This document shows, one piece after another, positions 9,605-18,886 of a stretch of DNA of 32,000 nt. Below the pieces are notes generated by a model, which saw only the letters and a list, made by a program, of their open reading frames with translations, made no database searches and had not been told where the DNA came from. The DNA is from Acaryochloris thomasi RCC1774. Its GTDB lineage: Bacteria > Cyanobacteriota > Cyanobacteriia > Thermosynechococcales > Thermosynechococcaceae. The position numbers and the translations under genes were made by a program. How positions within the stretch are numbered: the first letter of the stretch is position 1; each line of letters begins with the position of its first letter. Location: positions 30,001 to 62,000 of the forward strand of contig NZ_PQWO01000002.1 in the NCBI RefSeq assembly GCF_003231495.1, read 5' to 3'.

Positions 9605-10426
9605 TTAGGGTTTATAACCTACATTAATTTGGTGAATCCAGCCCACGTAACGGGTGGGTTGTGTCCGATAGCCAAGAGACTGCATCCAATCTTCTACTGA
9701 CTCTGCCGCATACAACTTAGAGTAGGGTTCTCGAAAGAGTTGAATCAGCCAATCCAAGCGTCGAAGTTGGGTTTGGTTTCCGTCTAGCGTCAGTACCTGC
9801 CCCCCTGGTTTACAAAGACGTAAAGCCTCGCGCAAAACCAATTGAGACTGGCTCGGCGGCAGCTCATGGAACAGCATCGACGCTGTAATCAAATCGAAAC
9901 GACCTGGTTCTCGGTGGGTTGTCTCTGCCAGTCCCTGCTGCCACTCAATACTGATGCCCGCTGCCTGTGCCTTGCGGCTAGCCATCACGAGCATGTATGG
10001 CGATAAATCTACGCCTATCACCGTTGCCGTCGGGAAAGCCTGCTTCAGCTTTACTGTTGTTGAACCTGTTCCACAGCCGAGGTCGAGAATGTGCCGAGGC
10101 TGTCCAGCTACCTGTTGAATCAGTTGATGTCTCAATCCCTCTTCGCTGGGAGGAGAGGCTAGCGCCGTTACTGCATCGTAGGTGACCGCCGCCACAGGCG
10201 TTAAATAGCCCCCTTTAATGCCGTGAAAATCCTGAGCATAATAATCGGGGTACTGCAGCTCCCTTTGTTGAAATGCTGCACAGGCTTGTGCCCAGTCAAG
10301 ACTATGGTAGAGGTGCTGATTTTGGTCGCCGATCAGTTGCCGCACAGCGGTTTGCAAAATCTGGCGTTGAAGCTTACCCACTATCCCCCACCTCGTCGGA
10401 TACTGCCCTTCCTCTAAGATGAGCAA
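9605..10426 (-). CDS. Class I SAM-dependent methyltransferase
   Basis: The motif I sequence ILDLGCGTGSTT and later blocks (VIGVDLSPYML, FDLITASMLFHELP) fit this class. The start is uncertain, since the ORF-track start at 10426 is TTG and an in-frame GTG lies at 10381. Confidence 0.8.
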   Translation of the reverse strand: MLILEEGQYPTRWGIVGKLQRQILQTAVRQLIGDQNQHLYHSLDWAQACAAFQQRELQYPDYYAQDFHGIKGGYLTPVAAVTYDAVTALASPPSEEGLRHQLIQQVAGQPRHILDLGCGTGSTTVKLKQAFPTATVIGVDLSPYMLVMASRKAQAAGISIEWQQGLAETTHREPGRFDLITASMLFHELPPSQSQLVLREALRLCKPGGQVLTLDGNQTQLRRLDWLIQLFREPYSKLYAAESVEDWMQSLGYRTQPTRYVGWIHQINVGYKP

Positions 10427-10737
10427 TGTACGCCACCCCTATTCCTATGTCTAGCCAATCTTTGACCGTGATCAAGGGCCTTTCTATTATGCTGATTTCC
10501 GCTGCCCTGGGCATAACGTTATGGAATCTTGTTGCCCCTGCTCAACTTCCTAGCGCTCTGCACTCAACGCTGCGGTTTGCCTATGGAGCACTTGTCGCTC
10601 ACGCGATCGAGGGACTCGTTGCCGCTGTCTACGCACCCTCTCGCCAAGAGCCGCCGATCCGCTATGGATTCTACACATTTTTCACCGGTTTCCCTAGCCT
10701 CGTCGAGCTTTTCAGTCGCCAGGAGCGCCCGCAGTGA
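10426..10737 (+). CDS. Small hypothetical membrane protein (2-3 predicted TM segments)
   Basis: Hydrophobic stretches include [18 protein letters not shown] and [18 protein letters not shown]. Its stop overlaps the start of the yaiI-like gene (GTGA at 10734-10737), which suggests translational coupling. The start could instead be ATG 10447. Confidence 0.5.
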   Translation: MYATPIPMSSQSLTVIKGLSIMLISAALGITLWNLVAPAQLPSALHSTLRFAYGALVAHAIEGLVAAVYAPSRQEPPIRYGFYTFFTGFPSLVELFSRQERPQ

Positions 10738-11186
10738 AGATCTGGGTCGATGCTGATGCCTGTCCCAATGCCATTAAAGAGATTCTCTACCGCGCCTCGA
10801 ACCGAGTCCGGGTGCCGCTCATTTTGGTCGCCAATCACTATTTGCGGCCCCCTGCTTCGGATTACATCAGCGCCATCCAGGTTCCAAAAGGCTTTGATGG
10901 GGCAGATAAGCATATCGTCGAACACTTAGAACCTGGTGATCTGGTGATTACAGCCGATATTCCGCTTGCGGCTGATGTGATTGCGAGTCAGGCCCATGCT
11001 CTCAACCCTAGAGGCGAATTCTACGACTCCAATAATATTCGGGAACGGCTGGCGCTCCGCAACTTTATGGATGAACTCCGCAGTGGGGGCGTTGATACGG
11101 GTGGCCCACCGGCCTTGCACCAGCGAGATCGTCAGGCCTTTGCCAATCAGCTTGATCGATTTCTGGCTAAGCAGAATCTCTCATAA
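10734..11186 (+). CDS. YaiI/YqxD family protein (UPF0178 / DUF188)
   Basis: The sequence [20 protein letters not shown]....VPLILVAN......S.YI..IQV..GFD.AD..I......GDLVIT.DIPLAA is characteristic of UPF0178. The start codon is GTG. Confidence 0.85.
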   Translation: MKIWVDADACPNAIKEILYRASNRVRVPLILVANHYLRPPASDYISAIQVPKGFDGADKHIVEHLEPGDLVITADIPLAADVIASQAHALNPRGEFYDSNNIRERLALRNFMDELRSGGVDTGGPPALHQRDRQAFANQLDRFLAKQNLS

Positions 11187-11372
11187 AAGTTGTTTCGATG
11201 GGCTGAGAGGTGCGATTGGCGCACCTGCCTTGGCTAGGGCTATTCTCATTGTCCGAGGCTAGTGGGGGACAGGGGGTTTTTAGCGTCACAGAACTGGATC
11301 CAGGTCCTTTTCTTGCGGAACTGTTAAAACAGGGACTTCCCTGGTATACCAAGGATTTACAGGAGGGAACCT

Positions 11373-12590
11373 TTGACTCAGTGGCTTAGTCGGGTACAAA
11401 CCCCGGCCTATGTAGCCGATATCGAGGCACTTAAGCAGAACCTTGCTGTCGCTGCTCATATTAAGCACGAAACGGGGTGCCGAATTCTACTGGCAACTAA
11501 GTCCTTTGCTATGTTCGAGCTGTTCCCGCTTTTCGCACAGGGCTTGGATGGCACCACTGCTAGTGGTCTCTATGAGGCGCGACTAGCTCACGAGCATTTT
11601 CACGGTGAAATCCACGCGTATTCTCCGGCCTATAGTGATCAAGAAATCAGGGATCTACTGCCGTTTTGCAACCATCTGTACTTTAACTCTCTGTCTCAGC
11701 TTGAGCGCTATGGCCCCCTCTGTCGAGCTGCTCACGGTGAGCGATCACAACTGGGTCTGCGGGTAAATCCACAGCTTTCTCTGGTGAAGAATAATCCTGA
11801 TCTCTATGACCCTTCTGCTCCGGGTTCTCGCTTTGGTGTCTTCAAGGAGAGTCTGACGCCTGAGGTCTTAGCGACGGTTGACGCGCTGCACGTGCATAAT
11901 CTATGCGAAAACATGGCTGAAGATTCCGTGCGCCTCATTCATCACCTCATGAACGTGATGCCGGATGCGCTGGAGGCCGTGGAGACGGTTAATCTTGGGG
12001 GTGGTCACTATTTTACGCATCCTGACTACGAGGTCATGGCTCTTATTGAAGCAATCAATATGCTGCAGGCCCGCTTTAACGTCAACACTATCTTGGAACC
12101 GGGCGGAGCGTTGACCTTTAACGGCGGGTATCTGGTCGCCAGCGTTCTAGATATTGTTGATGATCGAGCAGTGCCCATTGCCATTTTGGATGTCTCTCCG
12201 ACCTGCCATATGCCGGATGTACTGGAAATGCCGTATCGACCGGAGGTCGTAGGGGATAGTCCGCAGGGACGCCACCGCTACGTGCTAGCAGGGAAAACTT
12301 GTTTATCAGGGGATGTGGTGGGTACCTATGCTTTTGATGCTCCGCTGCAGGTGGGCGGGAAGGTGGTGATCAAAGATATGCTGCAGTACACGATCGTTAA
12401 GACGACCACGTTCAACGGTATGCCGCTACCCGATTTGGGGGTATTGGAGGAGGATGGTACCTATCGAGTGGTGCATTCCTTTGGGTATGAGGATTTTAAG
12501 CATCGGCTGTCTAAGATGCCTATGCCATTGCTTACTGAGAGTACGCTCCAAGAGTTTCAAACTGCTCTGCATTGGCCCCCGTTCGGCTGA
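11373..12590 (+). CDS. nspC: Carboxynorspermidine/carboxyspermidine decarboxylase
   Basis: TPAYVADIEALKQNL...ILLATKSFAMFELFPLF...LDGTTASGLYEARLAHEHFHGEIHAYSPAY...NLGGGHYFTHPDY resembles the NspC branch of the alanine-racemase-fold decarboxylases. The start is apparently TTG. Confidence 0.75.
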   Translation: MTQWLSRVQTPAYVADIEALKQNLAVAAHIKHETGCRILLATKSFAMFELFPLFAQGLDGTTASGLYEARLAHEHFHGEIHAYSPAYSDQEIRDLLPFCNHLYFNSLSQLERYGPLCRAAHGERSQLGLRVNPQLSLVKNNPDLYDPSAPGSRFGVFKESLTPEVLATVDALHVHNLCENMAEDSVRLIHHLMNVMPDALEAVETVNLGGGHYFTHPDYEVMALIEAINMLQARFNVNTILEPGGALTFNGGYLVASVLDIVDDRAVPIAILDVSPTCHMPDVLEMPYRPEVVGDSPQGRHRYVLAGKTCLSGDVVGTYAFDAPLQVGGKVVIKDMLQYTIVKTTTFNGMPLPDLGVLEEDGTYRVVHSFGYEDFKHRLSKMPMPLLTESTLQEFQTALHWPPFG

Positions 12591-12826
12591 GCGCTCGCGT
12601 CGAAGCCCGGCCCCCAATTCTAGGGGGAGATGAAATTAAATTATGGTTTAATCTATAAGTCCTGAGCTTTTGGGTTTCGCCAATACTCTCCGATGAATTG
12701 GCGACTGCTGCTGGCAACTAGTATTGAGTCAAGTATTGACTGACGAGTTTGTTTATAGAATGGTTCTGATCTCGTCAGCATCAGTGTGCTAGAGCCACCC
12801 TCTGACAAAGAAAAGTAGGAGCGGGA

Positions 12827-13471
12827 TCACTTTGAACTGACGTCAAATACACCCTGTCCACGCTGAAATAGCAGGACAGAGATGGCGGCAACCCAGCCAA
12901 TCATGATCAAGGAAAGGAAGCGCTCGTAGATACCATCCCAGCTCGTTGGAATGAAGAAAAAGATAGGGGAGAGAATACCCCATGCGATCGCAGTTCCTAA
13001 ACTCAAGCGAAACCACTTGCGGCTGACTTTGCGTAGCCCGAATGCAAGCAGAAGTGGTACCAACGTAAACAAGATACCCAGAGCGTATACACAATAGATA
13101 TGAATGGCAGCTCCGCTCACATCTTCTCTGCCCGCGTACTTGTTGTGCTCAGCAATGAGCAAGACATCAATGCCTAACAGCGCCAGCATCAACGTTCCTG
13201 CTTTCCATTTGGTTTTACCGAGGTGCCAAGCGTAAAGCGCGATCGCACAGGCAATCAGTCCCGCTGCGAATAAGTCTAGACCCGTATCCTGAATCCAGGC
13301 GGCTTTCTCAATGGCGAGGCTGCTGATCGTGTCGCTAATCGGATTGTGCTTTTCGACCACGATGATGCCGATGAAGTCAGTTGCGATCGCAGCGATACAC
13401 CCCACTAATCCAATGCAACCGCAGATTAATGATAGTTTCGAGCTTTGTCGCTGCTCGTACTTTAGAGTCAT
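12827..13471 (-). CDS. Polytopic membrane protein, DUF998-like
   Basis: 214 aa with about 6 hydrophobic helices. The N-terminal part ...IATDFIGIIVVEKHNPISDTISSLAI resembles DUF998. The family assignment is from memory only. Confidence 0.55.
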   Translation of the reverse strand: MTLKYEQRQSSKLSLICGCIGLVGCIAAIATDFIGIIVVEKHNPISDTISSLAIEKAAWIQDTGLDLFAAGLIACAIALYAWHLGKTKWKAGTLMLALLGIDVLLIAEHNKYAGREDVSGAAIHIYCVYALGILFTLVPLLLAFGLRKVSRKWFRLSLGTAIAWGILSPIFFFIPTSWDGIYERFLSLIMIGWVAAISVLLFQRGQGVFDVSSK

Positions 13472-13520
13472 GCTGACACCTCACCCATCAAGTCTTTTCA
13501 CTCTAAGTACCAAGCAAGAA

Positions 13521-14408
13521 TCACGAAGATCGTAGTGTAAAGATCGTCAGTTCTGGAGGGCAGAATATCCGTATTGGAACCATGCTCATCCCAATGCCAA
13601 TATTGACATAGAGATTGTTGCCGGGTTTGCCATATCCCTTGGCCCAACCATCAGCATAGACTTTGTCGTCTTGCGTGAATCTTAGCCACGACCATTGAGG
13701 TGAGGCAGGAAGACGCATCTGTCCGCCGTGGGTATGGCCCGCGACCGCAAGGGGGGCTGAGTTGGCCGGAAATAGCTCGAATGTATCGGGATTATGCATC
13801 ATGACAACTCTAGGACTATTGGCAGGAATTCCCTCTAGAGTCTTGCTGACATCATCCTGCTTGGCCCACAGTGAACCAACCGCGGCTAAATACAACGGCT
13901 CATCGCTGTTGGGTAACCGCATTTGAGTCGATTCATTTTTAAGAACAACAATACCAGCCGTTTCTAGCTCCGTTTCTAGATTGCTCGCAAGCTCTGTGTC
14001 AGGAGGCGCTTTCTTGCTGCTCATACCGTAGTCATGGTTTCCTAGCACTGCGTAGGTCGGGATGCCCGCTTCGACCAATGGCCTGACAATACTGACTGCT
14101 TCTTCAATCTCGGCGGCGGGGTCAGGCTTAGCATGATAGATAAAGTCTCCACTAATGAAAACTGCCGCTGGCTGAACTTCTATGAGCTTCTTGACTCCTC
14201 GATGCCCGGTATCAGGGTTGTCAGCCCACAGCCCAACCTGAAAATCCGAAAGCTGACCAATTTTTTGTCCTTCCCATGCCTTTGGTAGATTAGGAATGAC
14301 GGCTGTCTCTTCTTCCACATTGAGGAAGTGAGGTTCAATCAGGCCCCACAGCACCAATAAACAGAGGAGTCCTAACGGTCCAAGCAAAAACCACTTGAGG
14401 CTTTTCAT
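13521..14408 (-). CDS. Membrane-anchored metallophosphoesterase (calcineurin-like, YkuE type)
   Basis: An N-terminal TM/signal segment is followed by the metallophosphatase motifs SDFQV, GDFIY, GNHD and GHTHGGQ. Confidence 0.85.
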   Translation of the reverse strand: MKSLKWFLLGPLGLLCLLVLWGLIEPHFLNVEEETAVIPNLPKAWEGQKIGQLSDFQVGLWADNPDTGHRGVKKLIEVQPAAVFISGDFIYHAKPDPAAEIEEAVSIVRPLVEAGIPTYAVLGNHDYGMSSKKAPPDTELASNLETELETAGIVVLKNESTQMRLPNSDEPLYLAAVGSLWAKQDDVSKTLEGIPANSPRVVMMHNPDTFELFPANSAPLAVAGHTHGGQMRLPASPQWSWLRFTQDDKVYADGWAKGYGKPGNNLYVNIGIGMSMVPIRIFCPPELTIFTLRSS

Positions 14409-14438
14409 TATAAATATTCCAAATAACGTCGTGAGAGC

Positions 14439-14990
14439 CTACTCTGTAATCCAGTGCAGTAATCCCAGCGAGTTGAGGCTCCCCAGTAAGTGAGCGCCGA
14501 GAATATTGATATTTGCCAGTACCAGCAAGATGTCGAGCGATCGCACAATTGCTTGTGGGGTATACATCGCAACACCCTGGGGCTGAGCCAGCGTTTTACC
14601 CAGAACTGCAACAGCCGTTGCTTCAGAGGCCAGAAACGCCAGCAGCATTCCTACAAAACTCATCGCTAGGCCCGTTTGCAGTACCTTTACGATTTCTCCT
14701 CGCTGAGGGCGCAGATCAGCATTGGTCGCTCGTAGTTGCTTCGCTAGACGGGTGTATCGAAATGCCCAGTAGGTTCTGAATCCTAGTACTAGCAGCGCAC
14801 AAACAGCACAGAGAATGCCGACACCAATAAGGGGATTCCGTGTCTGAGCACTAAAGCCACGACTCAGTCCTGCGATCGCCAGCAAAACCACAGAACTACC
14901 CCCCAAAACGAGGTGGAACCAAAAGCTAATGCGGCTCAACCATCGAAACGGGCCAGAAAACTGTTTACGGCTGGGGACAGTATTCTGCAT
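14439..14990 (-). CDS. Hypothetical membrane protein (DUF3611-like, 4 TM)
   Basis: The 183-aa hydrophobic profile and the segment FRWLSRISFWFHLVLGGSSVVLL resemble the cyanobacterial DUF3611 family (from memory). Confidence 0.5.
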   Translation of the reverse strand: MQNTVPSRKQFSGPFRWLSRISFWFHLVLGGSSVVLLAIAGLSRGFSAQTRNPLIGVGILCAVCALLVLGFRTYWAFRYTRLAKQLRATNADLRPQRGEIVKVLQTGLAMSFVGMLLAFLASEATAVAVLGKTLAQPQGVAMYTPQAIVRSLDILLVLANINILGAHLLGSLNSLGLLHWITE

Positions 14991-15041
14991 GGCTTGCAGA
15001 AGGCTCCTGAAAAAAAGAGTAGTAAAACACGATTATCGACA

Positions 15042-15065
15042 AAGAAGGGTCTTCTGGCCCTTCTT
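15042..15065 (-). terminator. Hairpin 17 nt downstream of the 15082..15894 gene
   Basis: An 8-bp perfect stem AAGAAGGG / CCCTTCTT closes an 8-nt loop. On the minus strand the stem runs into TTTG. Confidence 0.4.
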
Positions 15066-15081
15066 TACTGAGGTCTAGATA

Positions 15082-15894
15082 CTACTGGGCTTTTGGGTAT
15101 AGAGCATCAGCAACGAAGACGGGTTTGTCAGAGTACTCAGCCTCTAACTTCTCTTTGATATCTAGATCCCAGGTCAAATCGTAATCTCGCTCAAATTCAG
15201 CAAGGACAAACTTACGAAGCTGACCTGTGACTGTAACAGTTTCACCATCCAGCGCATCAGTGATAGGGGTATTAATGACGAGCAGATCAGTGGCTCCGAA
15301 AAGCTGTTCTTCATCCAGGGTGAATGAAGTACCGTCAATCACATCTTCAACTTCGCCTTCAACTGCGATGGGCAAATCATAAAACCGCGCTGGATTTTGG
15401 GTGATCTCGCCTGGATCAGGCGCTAGGGCTAAAGACTGGGCAATGATAGCAGGCTTACTTTCATAATCAACATAGAGATCTGCATCAAGACCCAAGCTAT
15501 ATTCTCGTTCAATATCTGCCAATACGAAATTTGTAACTTCCCCAGTCGCCTGGATCTCATAGTCATCTTCAGCAGGAAGTACGAAGGGCTTGCCAGAAGC
15601 ATTAACCACAACAATTTCTTCACCCTCATTGTCCAGCGTAAAGGAACTATCACCTATCTTTTGCTGAACTTCGCTGCGTACCGTAACGACCTGACCGTCT
15701 ACTGCTTCTGTTTGCTCAGCGACCTCTTCAGTCGTGACGTTACTGTCTGCATTAGGGTTTTCCTCTGCAGGTTCACAAGCCGTTACTAATGTTGCCAATG
15801 CTAAGAGGACCGACATCATCGAGCCTTTCCCGATAAGGCGCAGGGTAGTAGGGGTGCTCAGGCTGGAGCTGCGATCTCGCTTTTTAATGCTCAT
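15082..15894 (-). CDS. Acidic secreted/lipoprotein of unknown function with an internal duplication
   Basis: A signal-like segment MMSVLLALATLVTAC (lipobox) is followed by two homologous ~90-aa halves: ..GDSSFTLDNEGEEIVVVN...ATGEVTNFVLADIEREYSLGLD and ..IDGTSFTLDEEQLFG...VTGQLRKFVLAEFERDYDLTWD. Confidence 0.6.
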   Translation of the reverse strand: MSIKKRDRSSSLSTPTTLRLIGKGSMMSVLLALATLVTACEPAEENPNADSNVTTEEVAEQTEAVDGQVVTVRSEVQQKIGDSSFTLDNEGEEIVVVNASGKPFVLPAEDDYEIQATGEVTNFVLADIEREYSLGLDADLYVDYESKPAIIAQSLALAPDPGEITQNPARFYDLPIAVEGEVEDVIDGTSFTLDEEQLFGATDLLVINTPITDALDGETVTVTGQLRKFVLAEFERDYDLTWDLDIKEKLEAEYSDKPVFVADALYPKAQ

Positions 15895-16382
15895 ATGTAA
15901 AGTCCTTTATTTGTTGATTTAACACCTTGGGTAACTTGAATGCTCAGCATTTTGCCCACGGGCCAAAGAGAAAAACTCTGGATTAATGTCAAGTTAAATA
16001 TGGATTAACCTTTCGTTAGACATGAGCGACATCTTAACAGGGGCCAGATCTGCTCCGCCTCTACCTCAAGTAAGTAGCTTGGTCGTTTAGAAATGAAAAA
16101 GATCTGCCTAGAGATAGACTCTGTCCCGACCCAGCAGATATTGTTCCACGATCAGACCGAAGAAACCGATGGCGATCTTGCCCGTTAGCGAGAAGGGTGG
16201 CCTGCAGGGAAAAACGGCAACAACTCTAAACCTCGTCGCATTGCCGATTCCCTGGGACAGCTGGCAGCGGCCCGTAGAGGGGCCTCAGAACAGGGGGGGC
16301 GCAAAGGGCAGATGGATGGAATCAAGAGGAGTGATGTCATGGGACAAATCTTTGTCATCAATGACATCTTTGAAGTGGTGGT

Positions 16383-17201
16383 TTAGTAATGATGTTCTAT
16401 CTTTCCTTCCCAGCAGAATCTGGGGGCTAACCATTGTCCGTCTAGCAGTATAGTCAGTGGTGCCAGAGCAAACAATGCCCAGAAGATAGCGGTGGTGACT
16501 GAAAAATAACTCTGTAAAACAAAGGTGAGCAGTGAGATCGCAACGCCCCAAACAACTCTTCCACTCCTGGCATCGGGAATTGAACGCGGGTCGGTCAGCA
16601 TAAACAGCGCAAACAACAGCAGTGAACCGCTCATAAGCTGATGGGTCAAAACATCCCAGCTCCAGCCCAGCCATAGATTGCGGATTGCTCCTAACAGCGT
16701 ATAGGTGCTCAGAAACACAGCGGTGGTGTCCCATCTTCCGACGCGCTTTAAGACAATGCCGCCTGCACCTACGAATAATAAACCGTACCAGCCTACTTCA
16801 CCCCACTGGCCCGGTGACACCCAGGCGTCCTGCGTGAACAGCAGCACGGCAATGATGCCAAAATTGGCCGGGTTGAAGAAATGCTTGTGGTTGACGCGTA
16901 GAATGAACTTGCTCAAAATCGCTAGGGTGGCCGCTAGTGCCATGGTGGTCCAGTGGCCCGTCCGTAGTAAGAGACTCAGGCCGAGGGCTGTGATTAAGGC
17001 ACTCCTGAGAGCAGGGTCAAAGCTGGCTGCTGGTTTTATACGTCGATGTATATAAAGTGAAGCGAGCAGTTGAACCGTGAGAGAGGTTGCGATCGCAACC
17101 CCAATGATCAGCGGCTGCAGCGTCCAATCTCTTGTGAAGATTCCCAGGCCCAAGAATAAGGAGAGGAAGAGAATCTGGTAGTCTCGGGCATCCTGCAGCA
17201 T
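16383..17201 (-). CDS. Polytopic membrane protein, possibly of the NQR2/RnfD/RnfE-like superfamily
   Basis: 272 aa and highly hydrophobic. The N-terminus MLQDARDYQILFLSLFLGLGIFTRDWTL resembles proteins I recall being annotated as RnfD-like. The functional call is weak. Confidence 0.45.
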   Translation of the reverse strand: MLQDARDYQILFLSLFLGLGIFTRDWTLQPLIIGVAIATSLTVQLLASLYIHRRIKPAASFDPALRSALITALGLSLLLRTGHWTTMALAATLAILSKFILRVNHKHFFNPANFGIIAVLLFTQDAWVSPGQWGEVGWYGLLFVGAGGIVLKRVGRWDTTAVFLSTYTLLGAIRNLWLGWSWDVLTHQLMSGSLLLFALFMLTDPRSIPDARSGRVVWGVAISLLTFVLQSYFSVTTAIFWALFALAPLTILLDGQWLAPRFCWEGKIEHHY

Positions 17202-17357
17202 GGCATGACTGGGGGTAGGGCAGTTCTAGACTAGCTTGCCCCTCCTTTTTACAGGCAACGGTTACCAAAAGCGTTACCGTACCGCATCCAATCTGGAACG
17301 TGACTCGTATATAAGACAGGGGTGACTCACAGCGATCGATGTATATTTTTTCGGTAC

Positions 17358-18020
17358 ATGCTGCCTCTTTCGATCATGGAAGCTAATCTCTATGGAAAGA
17401 TTGTAGGGCTTGCCGTCCGGCTGCGATCTCCGCGCCGTGATTGGCCCAGGCAGAGGCAGGAGCAGCTGAATGTGACCGATGCGGACCTAATTGAGAAGCT
17501 ACAGGCCGGAGACACCGATGCTCTGGGGGATATCTACGATCGCTATTCCCCTTTAGTGTATGGGCTCTCGTTGCGGATGCTAGGCAATCGTCAAGAGGCT
17601 GAGGATTTGACCCACGAGATTTTCCTGAAGCTCTACCAAGGGGGTCGCTATAATCACCAGCGCGGAACCTTGGGTAGCTATCTGATGACGTTGACCCGAT
17701 CTCGAGCGATTGATCGGTTGCGATCGCACAGTAACCGTCGTCAAATCTTGAACCGCTGGCAGCAGGATCTATGCCAGACGCGCATCAAACTTCCTGCTGA
17801 GCAGGCCTCTCTACTGGAGCGCCAAGCACAGGTCAGGCTGGCGCTATCGCAGCTTTCTGAGATGCAGCGTCAAGTTTTAGAACTCAGTTACTACGAAGGG
17901 CTGAGCCAATCTGAGATTGCTAAACGACTTCAGAAGCCGCTGGGCACCGTGAAGAGCTGGGCTAGGAAAGGGTTATTGCAGTTGCGCAATCAGTTAAAGG
18001 ATGAGTCCGACGATGTTTGA
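17358..18020 (+). CDS. ECF-type RNA polymerase sigma factor (sigma-70 family, regions 2 and 4)
   Basis: Region 2 is LIEKLQAGDTDALGDIYDRYSPLVYGLSLRMLGNRQEAEDLTHEIFLKL. Region 4 is LSEMQRQVLELSYYEGLSQSEIAKRLQKPLGTVKSWARKGLLQLR. The start is ambiguous (GTG 17322, ATG 17358 or ATG 17376). Confidence 0.85.
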   Translation: MLPLSIMEANLYGKIVGLAVRLRSPRRDWPRQRQEQLNVTDADLIEKLQAGDTDALGDIYDRYSPLVYGLSLRMLGNRQEAEDLTHEIFLKLYQGGRYNHQRGTLGSYLMTLTRSRAIDRLRSHSNRRQILNRWQQDLCQTRIKLPAEQASLLERQAQVRLALSQLSEMQRQVLELSYYEGLSQSEIAKRLQKPLGTVKSWARKGLLQLRNQLKDESDDV

Positions 18021-18849
18021 ATCCCTCACGCCAGAGCAACGGGAACTAATGGCTGGATATGTCCTGGGAGAGATAGATCCAGACGAACTGGCGCAAGTTC
18101 GGGAACTATTGCGCCAGTATCCCGTCCTAGAACAAGAAGTACTGAGTTTACAGGACGCTCTCGGGGCTGTGCCTCTGGGATTAGAGACAGAAAAGCCGCC
18201 CGCAGAGCTAAGGTCTCGTTTGTTAACTTCAGCCACGCCGATCTCAACAGGCGTCAGCAAAAAACGCAGCGTTCCGTGGGGACGGATGGTGGTTGCTTTA
18301 GCCGTGGGGGTGTCGGTTTTATTGGGGTTGCAAAACTGGCAGCTCCGACAGCAGTTAGCGACGCGGTCACCCAAGGGTGTCTCAGACAAGTCTCAGGTGT
18401 CTGCACTCCGTATTGAAGAGTCGCTCACCTTTGAAGAAATATTGCTTGACCATCAAAACTCCCTGAGCCGCAGTCAGGGGCCAGCGGACTTTGCAACTCA
18501 AGATATTGCAGCCGTGCGTTCAAAGTACGCCTCGCGCTTCGAATTGCCGACCCAGTTACCTCAATTGCAGAAAGCGCAGCTTTTAGGCGGCAGCTTTTGT
18601 GAGCTGAGCCAGATCAAGGGCATTCGGTTCTCGTATCGGGTCAAAACCGGAGAGACCTTGTCGTTCTACCAGTTGACGAGATCGGAGGGGCTTTTAGAGC
18701 GCCTTGATGCTGATTCAGAGCAGCCCGTTTTGGTCTCTGAGGAACCCAATACTTTTATCTGGGATGATCAGAACTATCTCTATATCTTAGTGGGGGATTT
18801 GCCCGCATCGGAAATGCGTCAGCTCGCTCCATCGACTCAATCGATCTAG
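18001..18849 (+). CDS. Putative membrane-spanning anti-sigma factor
   Basis: It overlaps the sigma gene by 20 nt. The N-terminal LTPEQRELMAGYVLGEIDPDELAQVRELL..YPVLEQEV is typical of anti-sigma N-domains. A single TM segment (VVALAVGVSVLLGL) is followed by an extracytoplasmic domain. Confidence 0.7.
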   Translation: MSPTMFESLTPEQRELMAGYVLGEIDPDELAQVRELLRQYPVLEQEVLSLQDALGAVPLGLETEKPPAELRSRLLTSATPISTGVSKKRSVPWGRMVVALAVGVSVLLGLQNWQLRQQLATRSPKGVSDKSQVSALRIEESLTFEEILLDHQNSLSRSQGPADFATQDIAAVRSKYASRFELPTQLPQLQKAQLLGGSFCELSQIKGIRFSYRVKTGETLSFYQLTRSEGLLERLDADSEQPVLVSEEPNTFIWDDQNYLYILVGDLPASEMRQLAPSTQSI

Positions 18850-18886
18850 GCTTTGAGATGCCAGTTTTATACGCGGGCAGCAGGAC

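Noticed and set aside
10424-10428. Apparent head-to-head overlap of the start codons of the methyltransferase (-) and the small membrane protein (+) at 10426
   Set aside because: This is most likely an artefact of longest-ORF calling. The methyltransferase start at 10426 is TTG, with an in-frame GTG at 10381. The membrane protein has an alternative ATG at 10447.
16225-16260. Minus-strand AGGGAATCGGCAATGCGAC resembling the start of a cobalamin-riboswitch core
   Set aside because: It lacks the GGTG..AATCC segment and the GCCACTG B12 box, so the resemblance is only superficial.
16169-16734. Track ORFs 16169..16453 (+), 16185..16367 (-) and 16285..16734 (-)
   Set aside because: They overlap one another, and partly overlap the 3' end of the 16383..17201 membrane-protein gene. 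They have no motifs and implausible composition. The region is treated as non-coding or decayed.
17295-17315. GGAAC motif upstream of the ECF sigma gene as an autoregulated ECF -35 element
   Set aside because: No CGT/GTC-type -10 lies at the required 16-17 nt spacing. The nearby TATATAAG is only 8 nt away.
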